IMG/VR virus record: IMGVR_UViG_3300037153_000087
Span: 1-56,700 of that record
Length of the DNA stretch: 56,700 bases
Origin: a virus
Taxonomy: Duplodnaviria; Caudoviricetes
Strand: one strand, 5' to 3'
Positions 34,555-44,107 of this stretch are shown here, in pieces. Under the pieces are notes generated by a model, which ran no database searches, was not told the origin of the DNA, and saw only the letters and a list, made by a program, of their open reading frames with translations. The first letter of the stretch is position 1. Each line of letters starts with the position of its first letter. A program made the translations under genes and the position numbers.

Positions 34555-35295
34555 ATGCCGAAGTACGACGCCACCGACCGCCAGCTCTCCTTCATCGTGA
34601 GCCTGGCCTGCGAGCGCGGTTTCACCTTCGCGGACAACAAGCTGACCCGAGGCGAGACGGTCATCGACCTCGCCAAGCAGAGCAAGCGCGGAGCGTCGAA
34701 CATCATCGGCTGGATGAAGGACGAGCCCAAGCAGGCGACCGCTCCTCAGGCCCCCAAGCGCTACGCGACCGAAAAGCAGGTCAGCTACCTGGTGTCGCTG
34801 GCCGACCGCGCTGGCTGGGAAGTCGAGGACACCAAGGTCACCAAGCCCGAGGGCACCGAGGTCGAGCTGACCAAGCTGGCCGTCGAGGTAGCGTCGGAGC
34901 TGATCACCGAGCTGAAGAACGCCCCTCGCGCGAGCTACGCGGCCAAGAAGAACGCCAACGTCAAGATCACGTCGGACGGCATGTACCGGATGGACGGGGT
35001 CGTGTACAAGGTTCAGGTCGCCGTTCACGGATCGGGCTACCTCTACGCCAAGCGGCTGGTCATCGACACCGAGGCCGTGACCGACGAGAACGGCAAGATC
35101 GTCAAGTCGGGCAGCGGGCACTTCGAGCGCGACCCCCAGGCGATCCTCAAGCTGCGCGACGAGCACCGACTGACCGTGGCGGACGCGAAGGCGTTCGGCG
35201 ACCTCTACGGAATGTGCGTGAGGTGCGCTGCCACCCTCACCGACGAAGAGAGCATCGGTCGCGGGATGGGTCCCGTCTGCGCGGGCAAGATCTAA
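34555..35295 (+). CDS. DUF6011-domain protein with two AT.(K/R)Q repeats
   Basis: C-terminal C.RC...LTD.ES..RG.GPVC; ATDRQLSFI and ATEKQVSYL repeats. Confidence 0.8.
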   Translation: MPKYDATDRQLSFIVSLACERGFTFADNKLTRGETVIDLAKQSKRGASNIIGWMKDEPKQATAPQAPKRYATEKQVSYLVSLADRAGWEVEDTKVTKPEGTEVELTKLAVEVASELITELKNAPRASYAAKKNANVKITSDGMYRMDGVVYKVQVAVHGSGYLYAKRLVIDTEAVTDENGKIVKSGSGHFERDPQAILKLRDEHRLTVADAKAFGDLYGMCVRCAATLTDEESIGRGMGPVCAGKI

Positions 35296-35315
35296 AACGA
35301 GCCCACGGGAGGGGG

Positions 35316-35396
35316 TTGCGTTGCCCCCTCCCCTCATGATAAAATAAAATTAAGCACGGGGGGTTCCGCCCCCCTCCTCCCCCGAAGGAGCCCAAA
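35316..35396 (+). promoter_or_regulatory. Class-1 promoter cassette
   Basis: TTGCGT-N18-TAAAAT; hairpin; GAAGGAG. Confidence 0.7.
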
Positions 35397-36116
35397 ATGG
35401 CCCGCAAGAACACCGCCAAGACGCCCTGCGAGTGCAGCCGCTACTCCGTCCTCATCAACATCCGCACCGGCAACGACGGCAACCTGGTCTGGGACCAGGA
35501 GCTGACCACCGGTTGCCCCAAGACGCTGACGGGCCGCGACTTCGCCCCCGGACACGACGCCAAGCTCAAGGGCTTCCTGATCCGCGCGGGCATCGAGGGT
35601 CACGAGGTCTGCGACGACCAGGGCATCAGCTGCACCGCCGAGGCGATGGCGGGTCGGTACGGGTTCGCCCACATGGTGCGCGAGGGCGTCGAGAACGGCA
35701 AGTTCAAGCGCGCCGAGGCTGCCGAGCGTCGCAAGGCTCGTGAGCACAAGGCCGAGCTGCGCAACGACCGCGAGAACGAGAAGGCTGAGCGCAAGCTGGC
35801 CAAGGCTGCCAAGGTGGTCGAGACCACGCACGACGGCAACTCGGCTCGTCAGGAGCGCGAGCTGGCCGCCCTGGTCGCAGCCGAAGAGGCCAAGTTCGCC
35901 GAGCAGCAGGCCGCGCAGGCCGACGAGCGTCCCGAGCCCGAGTGGGACGACGAGCCCCAGGCCGTGATCATCGAAGAGCCGATGCCCGAGAGCGTCGAGA
36001 TGGTCGAGGCCAAGGTTGGCCGCTGGACCTACCTGGGCGAGGTCCGCAACGGCTGGTTCGTCTACTCGGACCGCAAGGGCAACAAGAAGTCGACGCAGGA
36101 CTTCGAGCTGGTCTAA
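35397..36116 (+). CDS. FAPGHDAKL-motif family protein (paralog 3)
   Basis: PCEC...C...FAPGHDAKLKG; C-terminal KVGRW.Y.G. Confidence 0.8.
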   Translation: MARKNTAKTPCECSRYSVLINIRTGNDGNLVWDQELTTGCPKTLTGRDFAPGHDAKLKGFLIRAGIEGHEVCDDQGISCTAEAMAGRYGFAHMVREGVENGKFKRAEAAERRKAREHKAELRNDRENEKAERKLAKAAKVVETTHDGNSARQERELAALVAAEEAKFAEQQAAQADERPEPEWDDEPQAVIIEEPMPESVEMVEAKVGRWTYLGEVRNGWFVYSDRKGNKKSTQDFELV

Positions 36117-36127
36117 CCAGACACAGA

Positions 36128-36161
36128 GAGACCCCCCCTGGGACCTGGACAGGGGGGGTCT
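36128..36161. terminator. Probably bidirectional hairpin between convergent arms
   Basis: gagaccccccctg...caggggggg-tctc. Confidence 0.7.
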
Positions 36162-36345
36162 CGGCTTGTGTGGGTGCCGCCCCCGAGGAGGCTACGAGAA
36201 CGGCACCCGGCTGGGCGGGTGTGCTAGTGCCGGAGCAGCGCCACAAGACGTTTCCGTCGTGTCCTCCTGGCTGCCCTAACCCACTCTGAGGACGCCACCC
36301 GCCGTGTGGGGGCCTGGGTTCCCCCTGGGGAGGGTGGCGTCCGGC

Positions 36346-36726
36346 TCATCGGTCCAGTCGATGCGTTGCGCGCGAGGTCGCGTTCTCCCAGGCGAGGACC
36401 TGACCGTCCTTGGGCGACACGCCGTTGCGGACCATCAGGCCGAGGATCATCGTGCCGAGGCCGACCAGTGCGGCTGCCAGCGACTCCGAGATCGGAAGGC
36501 CGAACATGGCCAGAGCCGTGAACGCGGTCCGAAGCGCACCGGTCAGGGCAGCGGGGGTCATCGGTCGGACCATGAACGCCTCGACAGCGGCGAACACCGC
36601 CGACGTGACGGTGAGGATCCAGGCAGCCATGTCGCCCGAGACCCCGAACACGGGAACGGCCACGACGACGGCGAGGATCGACTGCAGGGCAGCGAGCCAG
36701 GCGACTGGCTCCCACTTGAAGTTCAT
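36346..36726 (-). CDS. Holin
   Basis: 4 TM helices, EP..W...VR..V.P; directly after the endolysin. Confidence 0.75.
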   Translation of the reverse strand: MNFKWEPVAWLAALQSILAVVVAVPVFGVSGDMAAWILTVTSAVFAAVEAFMVRPMTPAALTGALRTAFTALAMFGLPISESLAAALVGLGTMILGLMVRNGVSPKDGQVLAWENATSRATHRLDR

Positions 36727-36734
36727 CTTGCCTC

Positions 36735-37772
36735 CTATTCGACGAACATCACGCTGACGCGTGCGTTCGTTACCTTCACCGGGCTGGCCGCGTGTGATCT
36801 GACACGCACCCGGAGCTTGCCGTTCTTGCGGAGGTTGCCCACCGCTGCGAAGTGGATCCGGTACGAGTCGGTCAGGATGTTCGGACCGATCTTGCCCGAC
36901 TCCATGAGCCTGTCGACGGGAGGGTTGACCGTCTTGTCGTAAACGTACTCCGCCGTGTCGCAGTCGATCACGTCGCCGAGCTGTGCCCCCTCGACGTCGG
37001 CACCGAACTCCAGCCAGTACAGGGTCGGCTCACCCTTGAGGATCGAGGGGTTCGCACCCTCGTCCGGGTGGACCTTGGTCGGGTCGGCGTACTCCGTGTC
37101 GAACAGCACATCGACCCACTCGTTGGGGTCGCATTCGGTCGGGCCTGCCTGGCTCGCTCCGAACGATGCGTAACCGATCACGTCTTCCTCCTGAGTGGGT
37201 GGTGCGGGCTTGGCTGGGGGCTTCGGCTGAGGCTTGGCCGCGTCCTTGGGGGGACGCTTGAGCGCTCCGCTCTTGACCATGTTGTAGACCGGAGTGCCAG
37301 GGCAGTCGGTGTACGTGAAGTCCCGATGACCGTAGACCGCCGACCGCAGCGAGTAGTCGTCCATCAGCCATTCACGAAGCCGAGCCCAGGCTCGTAGCGC
37401 GCCTTCGGTCGGCTGCTCGTTCGGACCGAGGCCGAATGTGCACGATACGTAACGGCTGTTACCGCCCTGGAGCTTGCCGGGTGTGGGGGCCTCCGCTGCC
37501 TGCTGATGGTTGACGCCACGACCTTCGAAGATGTAGTCGTGCGGGCACGCGAAGTAGGCGTATCCGACGTCGACCCAGCCCTGGTTCTTGTGCATGTTGC
37601 GGGTCGAGCGCCAGTACTCGAAGCACCCGTCGTGACCCTTGTCTCGGACCAGGTTACGGAGCCGGAACCCGGAGTCGTAGTGGGCGATCAAGCCCAGGTT
37701 GGTGGTTGCGCCTGCGGCTGGGGTTCTGCCCCAACCCAGTTCGCTTCGGCTTACGAACCTTGCGGGTGCCAT
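36735..37772 (-). CDS. Endolysin, N-acetylmuramoyl-L-alanine amidase (PGRP-like) plus C-terminal domain
   Basis: SR..LGW, AHY, GW.DVGY, FEGRG, GHRD..T.CPG; Pro/Lys linker. Confidence 0.88.
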   Translation of the reverse strand: MAPARFVSRSELGWGRTPAAGATTNLGLIAHYDSGFRLRNLVRDKGHDGCFEYWRSTRNMHKNQGWVDVGYAYFACPHDYIFEGRGVNHQQAAEAPTPGKLQGGNSRYVSCTFGLGPNEQPTEGALRAWARLREWLMDDYSLRSAVYGHRDFTYTDCPGTPVYNMVKSGALKRPPKDAAKPQPKPPAKPAPPTQEEDVIGYASFGASQAGPTECDPNEWVDVLFDTEYADPTKVHPDEGANPSILKGEPTLYWLEFGADVEGAQLGDVIDCDTAEYVYDKTVNPPVDRLMESGKIGPNILTDSYRIHFAAVGNLRKNGKLRVRVRSHAASPVKVTNARVSVMFVE

Positions 37773-37794
37773 GGGCTCCCTCCTTGGTTTGAGT

Positions 37795-38130
37795 TCAACG
37801 ATTGGCTTCGAGCTCCGCCACGCGATTAGCCAGACGCTGCCGCTCTCGCTTCTCTGTGGCGAGTTCGTCTTCGAGCTGTCGCCTTTTCGTCCGCTCGTCG
37901 TCGAGTTCAGCGCGCATCCGTCTGCGCTCCTCCTCGATCTCGGCTCGAAGCTCCTTAATCTCTGCCCTCAATCGATCGTTCATCTCGGACAGAGTCTTGA
38001 ACTCGAACGCCGACTGCTCCAGCTTCCCCGTGCGACGGTCGCGCAGGTAGTCGACGAGTGCTTTGACGATGCCGCCTCCCAGCAGGGCGACGACAACGGT
38101 ACCGATGGTCTGAATCCAGGTTGTGCTCAC
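37795..38130 (-). CDS. TM plus coiled-coil protein (lysis cassette)
   Basis: N-terminal TM helix; long heptad repeat. Confidence 0.7.
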   Translation of the reverse strand: MSTTWIQTIGTVVVALLGGGIVKALVDYLRDRRTGKLEQSAFEFKTLSEMNDRLRAEIKELRAEIEEERRRMRAELDDERTKRRQLEDELATEKRERQRLANRVAELEANR

Positions 38131-38564
38131 TGATCCCCCCTAAACCGGGAGGCGAAATCAACCCGCCTCAGGTAGGTCCCCGCTGCGATCGCCAAGAACG
38201 ATGTTCCAGCGAGGATACCCTGCGGACCAGCGACGATCACCAGAGCCACCGCGTACGCAGCGCACGATATGGACACGAGATACAGGCCCAAAATGAGGGC
38301 GGGCATCCGCGTGAGTACCAGATGACCATTGTTCTCCTTGATGCTGGTCAGACCCACCATCCAGGTTACACATCCGAGCAGCAAGCAAACCGACCAGAGC
38401 AGGGGTCCCCACCAGGGCAAGAACCTCATCAGCGAACTGGGCTGAGCCAGGCCGATGAGGGTGGATATCGAGCTGAACGTGCCCAGGAACGCGAACATGG
38501 CGTCCATTGGCGCGAGCCGAACCCACACCGGAAGTTTATGAACGAGTCGCGCCTGGAAGTTCAC
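38127..38564 (-). CDS. Membrane protein (4 TM)
   Basis: Hydrophobic helices; coupled to the next gene. Confidence 0.65.
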   Translation of the reverse strand: MNFQARLVHKLPVWVRLAPMDAMFAFLGTFSSISTLIGLAQPSSLMRFLPWWGPLLWSVCLLLGCVTWMVGLTSIKENNGHLVLTRMPALILGLYLVSISCAAYAVALVIVAGPQGILAGTSFLAIAAGTYLRRVDFASRFRGDQ

Positions 38565-38579
38565 GGGTGTAATCCTTCC

Positions 38580-38852
38580 TTACTCGGAGGGAGTGGTCGG
38601 AGTGACGCCCTGACCGGTTTCCCACACTCGGTTGGCGCTGATGACCTCGAAGTTGTCGGAGTCGTTGACCAGGTCCACGAACGCCTGGAACGCCTCCTCC
38701 TGGTCCGCGACCGGAGCCAGGTCGCCGATGGTGAACTTGAACTGGCTGAACCAGAGCTGACCCGCCATCTCCGGGTTCTCGCTGCCCGTGTACCGGACGT
38801 TCAGCAGGAACGACGCGCCGATCGGGTAGCCCTCTTCGGTTTCGAATGGCAT
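38580..38852 (-). CDS. Hypothetical protein, possible tail-fibre chaperone
   Basis: GGAGG RBS; position after the fibre genes. Confidence 0.6.
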   Translation of the reverse strand: MPFETEEGYPIGASFLLNVRYTGSENPEMAGQLWFSQFKFTIGDLAPVADQEEAFQAFVDLVNDSDNFEVISANRVWETGQGVTPTTPSE

Positions 38853-38861
38853 AACTACCTC

Positions 38862-39635
38862 CTACATTCCCGCGAAGACGCTGGCTGCTCCAAGGTCCTC
38901 GACGATCGTAAAGAAGTTGCCGTCAACGCGAGCGGTGATCGAGCCACCCGATGCCGCGTCGATCTTGGCAACCGACATGTTGATGTTTGCTATGGTCTCT
39001 GTCGACACAGCCGAAAAGAAGAACTGGAAGGTGAACGACTGGAAGTTGGTCGCTGGGCATCTAAAGTTGGAATCGCCCCCGAGCCGGGTGCCGTCTACCG
39101 ACCCGTTCCAGAGCTTGAACGATCCGCGCGTGTTGGCGACGCTGGACAGGCAGGAGATTTGGCCCGACACTCGATACGCCCGACCAGCGATGACCGGAGT
39201 GTTCTGAATGTTGCCGCTGATGATGTTGTTGTTGTCGGAGTTGTTGGTCGCTGTGGTGGTGTCGGTCGATCCCGAACCCAGCTTGCCATCAATGGCTCGC
39301 GATACGATGATTCCCCGAGCGGTGACGTCGTTGGTCGATGTCAGGCTGGCAACCGTGGCTGCTCCGGTCGAACTGAACGTGCCGTTGGCCGACAGGTTGC
39401 CGGGTACAGCCAGGTCGCTGCCCGAAACCCACGCGTCGATTGCGGAGCCCAACGCCACCCAGGTCGTGCCGTTGTACCACCGATACGCGTGCGTGTCGAT
39501 CTCGTAAATGAGCATGCCCTCGTGGGGGGCGAACGGGCGAGTTGTCGAGGACGCCACGATCACCCCCTGATCCATCAACATCTGGAGGTCACGCTGGCTG
39601 GGCGGTTCGCCCTGCCGGAAGATCTTGTAAGCCAT
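38862..39635 (-). CDS. Minor tail/receptor-binding protein 2
   Basis: RP..P.EGM..YE.DT...YNG..W N-terminus; beta-rich C-terminus. Confidence 0.7.
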   Translation of the reverse strand: MAYKIFRQGEPPSQRDLQMLMDQGVIVASSTTRPFAPHEGMLIYEIDTHAYRWYNGTTWVALGSAIDAWVSGSDLAVPGNLSANGTFSSTGAATVASLTSTNDVTARGIIVSRAIDGKLGSGSTDTTTATNNSDNNNIISGNIQNTPVIAGRAYRVSGQISCLSSVANTRGSFKLWNGSVDGTRLGGDSNFRCPATNFQSFTFQFFFSAVSTETIANINMSVAKIDAASGGSITARVDGNFFTIVEDLGAASVFAGM

Positions 39636-40264
39636 CAGCTCGTCGGACCCACCCTTCGCGCCCACAGCTCCGGCTGACGGTTGGCGTTCGTCATCTGGAG
39701 AGTGACACCGCTGTTCTGATACCCAGCCAGCTCGAAGTAATCACCAGCGCTGACGTTGATCATTCGGTGGAAACTCATTCGACCAGGAGGCCCAGAGCCC
39801 GAGTTCATGGACGACGATCGTCCGATCGGTGCGCCGTTCAGCAACAGGATTGCCTGACGCGCGCCGTTGATGTTGGCCTCGTACTCGATGACACCGCCGA
39901 CCTCGTACACGCCACCCATCCCAGAGGGAACAGTGAGCCTGCTCGGGTTGCCAGCCGTCCACATGTTGCGGATGTTCCACGCAGCCTGAGCGAACGAGAC
40001 CGTAGTTTGGACCGCCGAGCTGATCGACTGGTCGGAGGTTCGCTGAGCGCAGGCCGATGGCGGATTCAACACGGCGACTTCGCGCCAGCCTGAACCGTCG
40101 TAACCCATGTAGCGGTCGGTGTCGGTCTCGTAGCAGGTCATGCCCTCGGACGGCGACGCAGGTCGCGTACCGGAGGTGCAGGTAACGACCACCTGCTTCA
40201 TCAGATAGTTCTGAACGTCTGCGGAGGCCAACACCTCCTCTGTGGTAAAGACCTTGTAAGGCAC
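39635..40264 (-). CDS. Minor tail/receptor-binding protein 1 (C1q-like head)
   Basis: Same N-terminal module; C1q-like C-terminus (PSRLT.P..G.Y..., AGDYFEL..YQ.SG). Confidence 0.7.
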   Translation of the reverse strand: MPYKVFTTEEVLASADVQNYLMKQVVVTCTSGTRPASPSEGMTCYETDTDRYMGYDGSGWREVAVLNPPSACAQRTSDQSISSAVQTTVSFAQAAWNIRNMWTAGNPSRLTVPSGMGGVYEVGGVIEYEANINGARQAILLLNGAPIGRSSSMNSGSGPPGRMSFHRMINVSAGDYFELAGYQNSGVTLQMTNANRQPELWARRVGPTS

Positions 40265-40274
40265 GCCACCCTCC

Positions 40275-43200
40275 CTAGAATGGAACTACTTCGCTGAACT
40301 TGTCAGCGGCTTGGAAGTGCCAGGTGGTCCGCCAGTGGACCTGCGCAACGTCGTGCGAGATCCCCCGGATGATCACGTTCTGGACGATCGGATCGCCTCC
40401 TCCTGGAGGTCGACGGATGATTTGGATCATGTCCCCGATCTGGCGCTCCAGCACCTGGGGGAACAGACGCCATGGGTCCTTGAGGACGTTGATGGTCATC
40501 GACACGAACCGCATCTCCGGCTTGCTGCCGAGCGCCAAGATCCAGTTCGCGTAGGCCAGGGCCTCGCCATCGGTCTCCAACAGCAGGTCCTCGCGATTGT
40601 GCGTCGCTAGCAGGAACTTAGCGATGCTGGCCGTGTCCTCGACCACCTGGACCTCGCCACCAGCTCGACCGATGCTGACTTTGTTGACCATCTGCTGAAC
40701 ACCGGTCGTGTGGTTAAGCTCCTCCCATGGCAGCTCCTGCGGGTTGAGGTGGTTGTCGCCGAAGATGGCTTGGGGGACCGTGGACCGCTCGTCTTCCAGG
40801 ATCGCATTCCGGTTCCGGAACACGAACCGACCCGACGAGTCCATGTAACCCTCACCAAGCTCGGAGTCGACCGCGTGAACCATCTCGCTCAACACAGTGC
40901 CCTCAAGGGTCGTCTCCTGAAGTGTACTGTCTCCGATCTCGATGAGCCGCAGGTCGTTCGGCCAGAACACGGTGTCGAGAATCCGGTTCAGTCGGCTACC
41001 AGTGTCCTCGCCTCCGCCCTGGGGGTTAGACGGCAGGCGGTCCACGTTCTCGAACACCTTGAACGCGTCGGTGGCTGTGACGTTGGTCTCGGACCACAAC
41101 GGACCGTTGCCCTCGTCCCAGTGAATCTCGAACTCGTCAACGAAACCTCGCCACATCGGGTAGCGCTTAACATTGTTGGTGAACGGTTCCGCCTGGCTGC
41201 CCTTGACCATCTGGATGCCGTCGAAGTAGGCGATGATGTCGCCCACCGAGTGACCGCCAGTCGTCCAGATCTGGATGTTCAGACCATAGACGACCTTGCC
41301 GGGCTGGACCGTGGCCGTAGCCTTGACCCGCTCCCAGCGGTCTGCCTGCCTGGGCTTGTCAATGAACCCGAACGCGGCTGCCTCGGCACCCAGCTCGTCG
41401 GTCGCCCTGAACAGGAACGAGCCAAACTCGTCGTAGGCCGACGAGGGTACGTACACCCAGGTACTGAAGGTGATCTCCTCACCCTCGGCTGCCGTGCCGA
41501 CCTCCCAGCTCGTGTTAGCCTGCACCAGGTGGAATGTGTTGTCGGACAGCTTCTGGAGTCGCATCGACCAGCGACCGTAGATGCTGTGGGTCGTCGACGA
41601 GGTCATGGTGGTCGAGCCGTCAGTGGTCCAACCGGTCAGCGACCCCTCTTCGATCGAGGGGTTCGGAACCATATTGGTCTCGCTGCCCCAAGTCGCCATG
41701 AACCGGATCGGTCGCATGGGCAAGACCTGAGTCTCACCCTCGCCAATGGCGTTCAGGGTGCGGGTGCCGATGACTCCGGTAGCGAATCCGTTCGAGTCAA
41801 GGTCGGCGTACTCGGCGAACCCGTTGGCAACCGTCCAAGATGCGAGCTGACCACCGTCCGCCACTCCCCCCGCGAAACGAATCTCGCAGTCATTCGGCGT
41901 CAGGGGGGTGATGCCAGGCGTGTCGATGATGGCTGTGTTCGTGACCAGATCGACCTCGACCACCGGAGCCGACGCAGCCGCAACGTCTCGGACGCAGATT
42001 ACGATCAGGACGGAGTCAGCCGAGCTGCTCTTGGTGAACCCGTAGGTTGAGGGCTCCGACCCACCCGCGTACTTACCCCAGATCTTGAGGTGGCCTCGGT
42101 TGGTGCCGTACGACTCGTCGACCAGCGCGGTTCCCCAGCTCGCGCCTCCGGTCGGCGTGTTCATCGACGAGGCCGAACCCCAGTCGCTCAGGTTGATCGC
42201 GATCAGGTAGTCGCCCGACGCCGTGTTGTCCGGCTTTGCCAGCGAGGCTGACGGGCCGTAATGCGCCGTTGCCGACACCGACCGAATCGTGGCTGGTCCA
42301 GTGGACGCGTGCGACCGAACCCCGATCGTGACCGCGAACGTACGGTTAAGGCCCTTGGTGCAAACGAAGGTTTCAGGCTCGGTGTCCGCCGAACCCGATC
42401 CCGTGACGTACGGACCGTCGAGGTTGGTGGGGTCGAAACGCCGATCCTCGTTGCGCAGGGTGCACGACGCCTCGCCAGCCTCGTACCTGATCAGGGGGCC
42501 TTCTACCTGCGTGGCTCCTTGCCGTGTGGAGACCGTGGAGAGGTACGCGGAAACGTCCTCGAAGATCTCCCCGCCTATAGATGGGCCACCGCCTGGCGCG
42601 AGCTTTCCGACGTCCAGCTTGCCGCGTTCCGGGTCATCCAGCACCAAGTACCCCTGAGCGGCTGCGTCAGTGATGAACCCGATCTCGCACTGGATGTGCG
42701 GCATTCGGGGGTCACTGGTGTCCCTCGGGGGAGGTGGCGGTGGTGGGGGAGGAGGTTGGCCGCCTCGGTGCGTCAGGTCGATCGCGAAGTCTTGTTCCAG
42801 CGCAATGTCGAGGTTGGCCTCGATCGGAATCGTGACTTCACCGACGATCGTGTTCGCCGCATCGACCTCTTGTGCCCACCCCAGGTTCGCCGATAGGCCC
42901 ATGTCGGGCGTGATGGTGTTGGCAGCGTCGACCTCCTCCGCCCAGCCCAGGTCGGCTTCGGTCGGGGGAGCTGACGCCGACTGGAGGTTAACCGTCAGGG
43001 CGAACCGGTTCGGGGTTGTCGCGGAGAAGGTGGCGTTGCTGCTCGCAGTGGCCGACCCAGACGCCAGTTGCCGGTAACCAGCGCGCTGGAGTGAGTATTG
43101 GTTAGACTGGACGCTGGTGGTCAGCGTGAACGAAGGCCCACCGCCGTTGGCGATAGCCGTGACCGTACGGCTGGCCGACCCGTGCATACCGAACGCGCAC

Positions 43201-43640
43201 CGGTACTCCAGGTCGTCGGCTGCCAGCGGAGTCGCACCAGGGGTAGGAACGGTGGTGGACGACGTAGTAAGGTTAAGCGCGCTGGCCGTGAACTGCGGGG
43301 TTGAGCTGGTGTCGACGTCCTGAGCGCAGATCGCTGTGTACGCGGTGTCAGCGCTGCTCTGCTTATTGAACCCCCAGGTGGAGGGCTCAGACCCGTTGGT
43401 GAACTTCCAGAACACACGGACCTTCATGCCGTCGTTAGACAGCGTGTACGACCCGCCGATGTTCCAGCTCGCGCCTGCGTTGGCCTGAGCTGTCATGTCG
43501 CCAACAACCCCGGTGTCCGAGTTCATGAACACCATAACGAACCGACCGGATACGTCGGCACCGGTCGGGCGTGTGACCGAGATGGTCGTCGACCCTTGGT
43601 TCGTTCCGGTCGTGTGGTTTACATGACTAGCCTGGGGCAT
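40275..43640 (-). CDS. Large multidomain minor tail/baseplate protein
   Basis: LDD...G.LD hub start; L.N.DRRFDP.N; CBM-like NMVPNPSIE; poly-Pro linker. Confidence 0.75.
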   Translation of the reverse strand: MPQASHVNHTTGTNQGSTTISVTRPTGADVSGRFVMVFMNSDTGVVGDMTAQANAGASWNIGGSYTLSNDGMKVRVFWKFTNGSEPSTWGFNKQSSADTAYTAICAQDVDTSSTPQFTASALNLTTSSTTVPTPGATPLAADDLEYRCAFGMHGSASRTVTAIANGGGPSFTLTTSVQSNQYSLQRAGYRQLASGSATASSNATFSATTPNRFALTVNLQSASAPPTEADLGWAEEVDAANTITPDMGLSANLGWAQEVDAANTIVGEVTIPIEANLDIALEQDFAIDLTHRGGQPPPPPPPPPPRDTSDPRMPHIQCEIGFITDAAAQGYLVLDDPERGKLDVGKLAPGGGPSIGGEIFEDVSAYLSTVSTRQGATQVEGPLIRYEAGEASCTLRNEDRRFDPTNLDGPYVTGSGSADTEPETFVCTKGLNRTFAVTIGVRSHASTGPATIRSVSATAHYGPSASLAKPDNTASGDYLIAINLSDWGSASSMNTPTGGASWGTALVDESYGTNRGHLKIWGKYAGGSEPSTYGFTKSSSADSVLIVICVRDVAAASAPVVEVDLVTNTAIIDTPGITPLTPNDCEIRFAGGVADGGQLASWTVANGFAEYADLDSNGFATGVIGTRTLNAIGEGETQVLPMRPIRFMATWGSETNMVPNPSIEEGSLTGWTTDGSTTMTSSTTHSIYGRWSMRLQKLSDNTFHLVQANTSWEVGTAAEGEEITFSTWVYVPSSAYDEFGSFLFRATDELGAEAAAFGFIDKPRQADRWERVKATATVQPGKVVYGLNIQIWTTGGHSVGDIIAYFDGIQMVKGSQAEPFTNNVKRYPMWRGFVDEFEIHWDEGNGPLWSETNVTATDAFKVFENVDRLPSNPQGGGEDTGSRLNRILDTVFWPNDLRLIEIGDSTLQETTLEGTVLSEMVHAVDSELGEGYMDSSGRFVFRNRNAILEDERSTVPQAIFGDNHLNPQELPWEELNHTTGVQQMVNKVSIGRAGGEVQVVEDTASIAKFLLATHNREDLLLETDGEALAYANWILALGSKPEMRFVSMTINVLKDPWRLFPQVLERQIGDMIQIIRRPPGGGDPIVQNVIIRGISHDVAQVHWRTTWHFQAADKFSEVVPF

Positions 43641-44107
43641 TAGGCACCTGCACCCTGCGTGGCCTTAGCCAGGCCCTCGGCGTGAACGTTCAGGTTGAGG
43701 TTCGTGCCGTTGGTGGTCACGGACAGGTCGTAGTGGAACAGAGGAATGATCGCCGAGTCGGCCGAGCCGGAATCCGGCTTATAGCAGACCAGAGCCTTGA
43801 CGAGCGCGTTGTTGGACGCGCCACCCGCGTTGCTGAACACGATGGGGGTGTTGGCCGTCAACTCGGCTTCGTTGTTGGTGTTGTCCTGGCTGGCCGACAC
43901 CCCGGACAGGGTCTGGCGAGCGTAGTTCGTGAAGTTGGCTTCGGTGTTGGCAGCCGTCCAGGCCGCAAGGGTGTTGTGGTCGTCCAAGGTGTCGTCGGCC
44001 TGAACCGAGTCCTTGAACAGCACGACGATCAACGAGTCGCTCGCTGCTGGCAGCCCAGCGTAATACCGCCAGATGCCCTTAGCGACGTTACAAACGCGAG
44101 TTGCCAT
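43640..44107 (-). CDS. Conserved actinophage tail-associated protein
   Basis: NVAKG...YY; EANFTNYAR..L; position after the tape measure. Confidence 0.7.
   Translation of the reverse strand: MATRVCNVAKGIWRYYAGLPAASDSLIVVLFKDSVQADDTLDDHNTLAAWTAANTEANFTNYARQTLSGVSASQDNTNNEAELTANTPIVFSNAGGASNNALVKALVCYKPDSGSADSAIIPLFHYDLSVTTNGTNLNLNVHAEGLAKATQGAGA

Noticed and set aside
36160-36345. tRNA or structured ncRNA in the convergent intergenic gap (also 480-640)
   Set aside because: Only GC hairpins seen; no cloverleaf, T-loop or other recognisable RNA motif.
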